From contig JAEOTR010000006.1 in assembly GCA_016839705.1 (NCBI GenBank), forward strand, positions 46,802-110,801: a stretch of DNA of 64,000 nt, given 5' to 3'. Under the pieces are notes generated by a model, which saw nothing but the letters and a program-made list of their open reading frames with translations, ran no database searches and was not told where the DNA came from. The position numbers and the translations under genes are program-made. This DNA is from Promethearchaeota archaeon. GTDB taxonomy: Archaea > Asgardarchaeota > Lokiarchaeia > Sigyniarchaeales > SOKP01. Below, in pieces: positions 60,950 through 64,000 of this stretch. How positions within the stretch are numbered: position 1 is the stretch's first letter; every line of letters begins with the position of its first letter.

Positions 60950-62131
60950 ATGAAAAAAGTTATTTGGTCTGAAATTGATGGTTATATGAAAAAAATTAAG
61001 CAGATCATCGATTCAGAAATAAAAGAAATTAAAAATCTAAATAAAGATGATTGTGAAATTGATGAGATTTTATATTCATTTATAAAAAGAAAAGTTTTAA
61101 CCTATCTAGAAAAAAAGACGACCCTAACAAAAATATTCACTTCACACACGAAAAAATTCATTGAGAGATCTATTATAGCTATTTATTTATTAAGAAGTGA
61201 TAATCCTCCCTTACAAACTAAAATTTGTGAAATTGCAGGTTTTACAGCTAATATTCAAGTTAAAGAGATCAGAGAGCATTTAGGGATTCCATTACCCCTA
61301 CAAGAATATAAAAAATTAGTTGACGATTCTATCAATCGGGTTAGACAATGTATAAAATGTAGAAAAATGCTTAATTATGATAAATTTAGTATTAGGAAAG
61401 ATGGAAATTTACGTTGGGAGTGTAATGAATGTAGAAACATATCAAATATAGTAAATTTTTGGAGGAAAAAGATAAAAATAGCTAAATTTATTACTTTGAA
61501 AACAAAAGAAGGTATCAATGTTTCTGAATTTTTAAACATATTAAATCAAAGAAAAAAGTGTGATATACGAATAAAATGTTTTAATTGTAATGTTGGTATA
61601 AATCTTCTGCCAGCACTACAATTTCACCACACACAAAGACATTTAAAAGTAAAGGGAGCAGATTGGAATAAATTAAGGTCCAACCCTTTAGACACAATTA
61701 TAAGAAGTTTAGATCAACAAGAATGTATTCTTTTATGTGCCAATTGTCATGTTATGAGAACTGCAACATTTTTTAATCAAAATAAAAATGCAATATTTAC
61801 AGAAAAAATTACGGAATATACTTGGCAAATAAGAGGAAAAATTAAACGTTGGATAAGGAAGAAGAAGATTATTGAAGAGTTATACAATAGCAGATGTACA
61901 AAATGTCAAAAAGTAAGTATAGACAAACATCCTGTGCTTCATTTTCACCATCTTGATCCAAGTAAGAAAAAAACAAATTTTTCTACTGATTTAAGAGATA
62001 TTACAGACATCAAAAGGATTAAAAAGTTATTAATAGAAGAGGATTGCACTTGCTTGTGTTCAAATTGTCATGCTACTGAAAATGCTGAAATATTTAAAAA
62101 ATATAGACATAAGATTATTCAACAATATTAA
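60950..62131 (+). CDS. protein with a zinc finger and two HNH-like nuclease domains
   Basis: CIKC...CNEC; CFNC...LQFHH...LLCANCH; CTKC...LHFHH...CLCSNCH. Confidence 0.7.
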   Translation: MKKVIWSEIDGYMKKIKQIIDSEIKEIKNLNKDDCEIDEILYSFIKRKVLTYLEKKTTLTKIFTSHTKKFIERSIIAIYLLRSDNPPLQTKICEIAGFTANIQVKEIREHLGIPLPLQEYKKLVDDSINRVRQCIKCRKMLNYDKFSIRKDGNLRWECNECRNISNIVNFWRKKIKIAKFITLKTKEGINVSEFLNILNQRKKCDIRIKCFNCNVGINLLPALQFHHTQRHLKVKGADWNKLRSNPLDTIIRSLDQQECILLCANCHVMRTATFFNQNKNAIFTEKITEYTWQIRGKIKRWIRKKKIIEELYNSRCTKCQKVSIDKHPVLHFHHLDPSKKKTNFSTDLRDITDIKRIKKLLIEEDCTCLCSNCHATENAEIFKKYRHKIIQQY

Positions 62132-62184
62132 AAATTAATTTTATGCTCTAAAGATATATATTACTACACATTTACATTAGTATC

Positions 62185-63003
62185 TTATTGTCTTTTCACA
62201 TAAAGCCAATTATAAAGTAATAATGTTATGATACATGCTGCTCCTCCTGAAAATAGAACATCTGATGCATAATGAGCACCTACAATAACTCTAGAGGCTG
62301 CAACAAATAAAGCCCAGCCAATAATCACCCCGCCGATTATTAATATTAATGCTAATTTTTTTTTACACTGATTTTCTAAATATATTTTTCGAAGAGGTAT
62401 TAATAATGGTATGAACATGAATGACATTGCTGTATGACCGCTTGGAAAACTTTGGTTTCCAGTTATCCCCTGAGGAATAAACCATGGTGTATATTCTATA
62501 TATCCTGGTATTGTAAGATCTTGAAATCTAACTCGCCCCCAAAATACCTTAATAAGTTGTACAAACACTAAGGGGTGAATAATAGCTAATAATGAAATTA
62601 CACCTGAAAGTGTTCTATAGACACTCAAGTCTTTTTTCCATGTGAAAAATACATAAATTAGGATAGGGATTATTAAACCTAAACCTGTTATTATGTCAGT
62701 ATTATCATTTGCAAATATAATGAATAATATACCCACAAGAACAGATATATAAGCCGGAATTTTTTGATAATGTAATTTTTTAAAAAATCCTCCTAAAAAT
62801 GTCGCTAAAGCTATAGCAATTAAAGAATTTCCTGGTGGTTCCCCATAATCAGCTCCAAAATTTCCCCAATTAGAAGTTTCATCGACAACAGCTTTTGAAA
62901 TCTCTAAATCGGTAAAACCAAAAATCAATGCTAAAATAATCCATAAGATAAGTATACCTATAAAAAGCTTATCGTTAAAAGACTTTATCAAGTTTTTAAA
63001 CAT
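62185..63003 (-). CDS. PAP2-family membrane phosphatase
   Basis: KVFWGRVRF, SFPSGH, SRVIVGAHYASD. Confidence 0.9.
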   Translation of the reverse strand: MFKNLIKSFNDKLFIGILILWIILALIFGFTDLEISKAVVDETSNWGNFGADYGEPPGNSLIAIALATFLGGFFKKLHYQKIPAYISVLVGILFIIFANDNTDIITGLGLIIPILIYVFFTWKKDLSVYRTLSGVISLLAIIHPLVFVQLIKVFWGRVRFQDLTIPGYIEYTPWFIPQGITGNQSFPSGHTAMSFMFIPLLIPLRKIYLENQCKKKLALILIIGGVIIGWALFVAASRVIVGAHYASDVLFSGGAACIITLLLYNWLYVKRQ

Positions 63004-63063
63004 TTGAATACCTTGTAAAATTTTGTGTGAAGTTTTTTATCTGATTCCTATTTATTCAATCTC

Positions 63064-63795
63064 TTATTTAAAATGTTCTCTTATTAGATTAAGAAGTATA
63101 TCGGGATAATCAGTATAAATTGCACTCACAATTTCATCTTTATATCGCATTTTTATAATTCTCTTCATATTTATTTTAGTGTTAACACCCCATATATAAC
63201 ATTTCAAACCATTATCAATAACTTCTTTAAATAAATCTTCAATGTGCTTTCTACGCATTATATTTATCACACTTATTCTGATCTTTCTCAGTTTATCTAG
63301 GTTTACAGTCTTTGGATTTATTGAGTTGATCGACTCTGTTAAAGTGTATACAAGATTTGATTCCTCATTTTTTCGTCTTAAAACGACGAGGTATCTTAAC
63401 CTTCGGTCAGTGATCTCTATATTCTTTAAGAGAGAAGCTTTTCTTGCAAGGTTTAAAAGTTCTAATCCTGATTTCTTATCAATAATATCGATGCTATATC
63501 GAAGGGTATTTGGAGCATTTTTGAAAATATCAAAAACTTCTTTTACTAAGGGGATCCTTCTGTTATCTTCAAATTTTATGGCTCGTAATTCTTTTAACGT
63601 AAAATTTTTTATAGGACAATATTTTTCTTCTATTTTAATATAGGGATCATGAAAACATATTAGCTCATTATCTTTAGTTAATTGTACGTCCGTTTCAATT
63701 CCCGCGCCCATACTAACTGCTTTTTTAAAGGCAGGAATTGTATTTTCAACTTCATATCCCATTGCTCCTCTATGCCCAAATACGTAAGGTTTCAT
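63064..63795 (-). CDS. glycerophosphodiester phosphodiesterase
   Basis: GHRGA, ENT, ETDVQLTKD, FHD, WGVN, TDYP. Confidence 0.9.
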   Translation of the reverse strand: MKPYVFGHRGAMGYEVENTIPAFKKAVSMGAGIETDVQLTKDNELICFHDPYIKIEEKYCPIKNFTLKELRAIKFEDNRRIPLVKEVFDIFKNAPNTLRYSIDIIDKKSGLELLNLARKASLLKNIEITDRRLRYLVVLRRKNEESNLVYTLTESINSINPKTVNLDKLRKIRISVINIMRRKHIEDLFKEVIDNGLKCYIWGVNTKINMKRIIKMRYKDEIVSAIYTDYPDILLNLIREHFK

Positions 63796-63897
63796 GAATC
63801 AAGTACAAAGATTTTTAGAAAATTTATGAAAAAAATAATTTTTATAGCAATTTAAATTACATATATTACTTAATCTTTTCTCTGGATATTGATAAGA

Positions 63898-64000
63898 ATG
63901 GAAGAAAAAGAGAAAACTTCTGTCAGTGAGGAAAAACAATCATTTTCTGTACGGTTAAAAAGATATTTTAAAAATTTACTTGATTTTTCACATTACGACA
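63898..64000 (+). CDS. 5' end of an unknown ORF running off the window
   Basis: ATG at 63898, MEEKEKTSVSEEKQSFSVRLKRYFKNLLDFSHYD, open to the window edge. Confidence 0.5.
   Translation, partial: MEEKEKTSVSEEKQSFSVRLKRYFKNLLDFSHYD

Noticed and set aside
5753-63643. Short antisense or out-of-frame ORFs in the track (e.g. 6554-6889, 8669-9241, 27403-27588, 35498-35932, 63242-63643)
   Set aside because: They are shadows of well-supported genes and carry no motifs.

Overview
AT-rich archaeal DNA, most likely an Asgard archaeon of the Lokiarchaeia type. This is inferred from two Rab-like GTPases, a tandem roadblock protein, a longin/uDENN-like domain, three MPN/JAMM proteins and an LRR-TPR protein. 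Main blocks are a MoxR-VWA pair, an FTR1 iron permease, a tungstate ABC transporter (tupABC) plus moaCADE-moeA-moaB-moeA operon, an Fe-S locus (iscS, beta-CASP nuclease, two iscU), a CotH-VTC-DUF4956 cassette, copA, cysteine synthase, an MPN cluster and a chelatase-like AAA-VWA gene. Top finding: the first iscU is interrupted by a 27-nt, stop-containing insert (27525-27551) that folds into a canonical bulge-helix-bulge splice motif. Cutting at the standard tRNA-endonuclease positions exactly restores VGNPTCGD, so this looks like a tRNA-type intron in an mRNA. Other notable signals are a probable -1 frameshift fusing MoxR to VWA, a nested in-frame metal-binding gene at the end of copA, a receiver-longin fusion, an active/inactive MPN pair, ATT starts, and ModE- and DtxR-like operators. 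No rRNA, tRNA, CRISPR array or transposase was seen. All calls were made by eye from motifs, without database searches.
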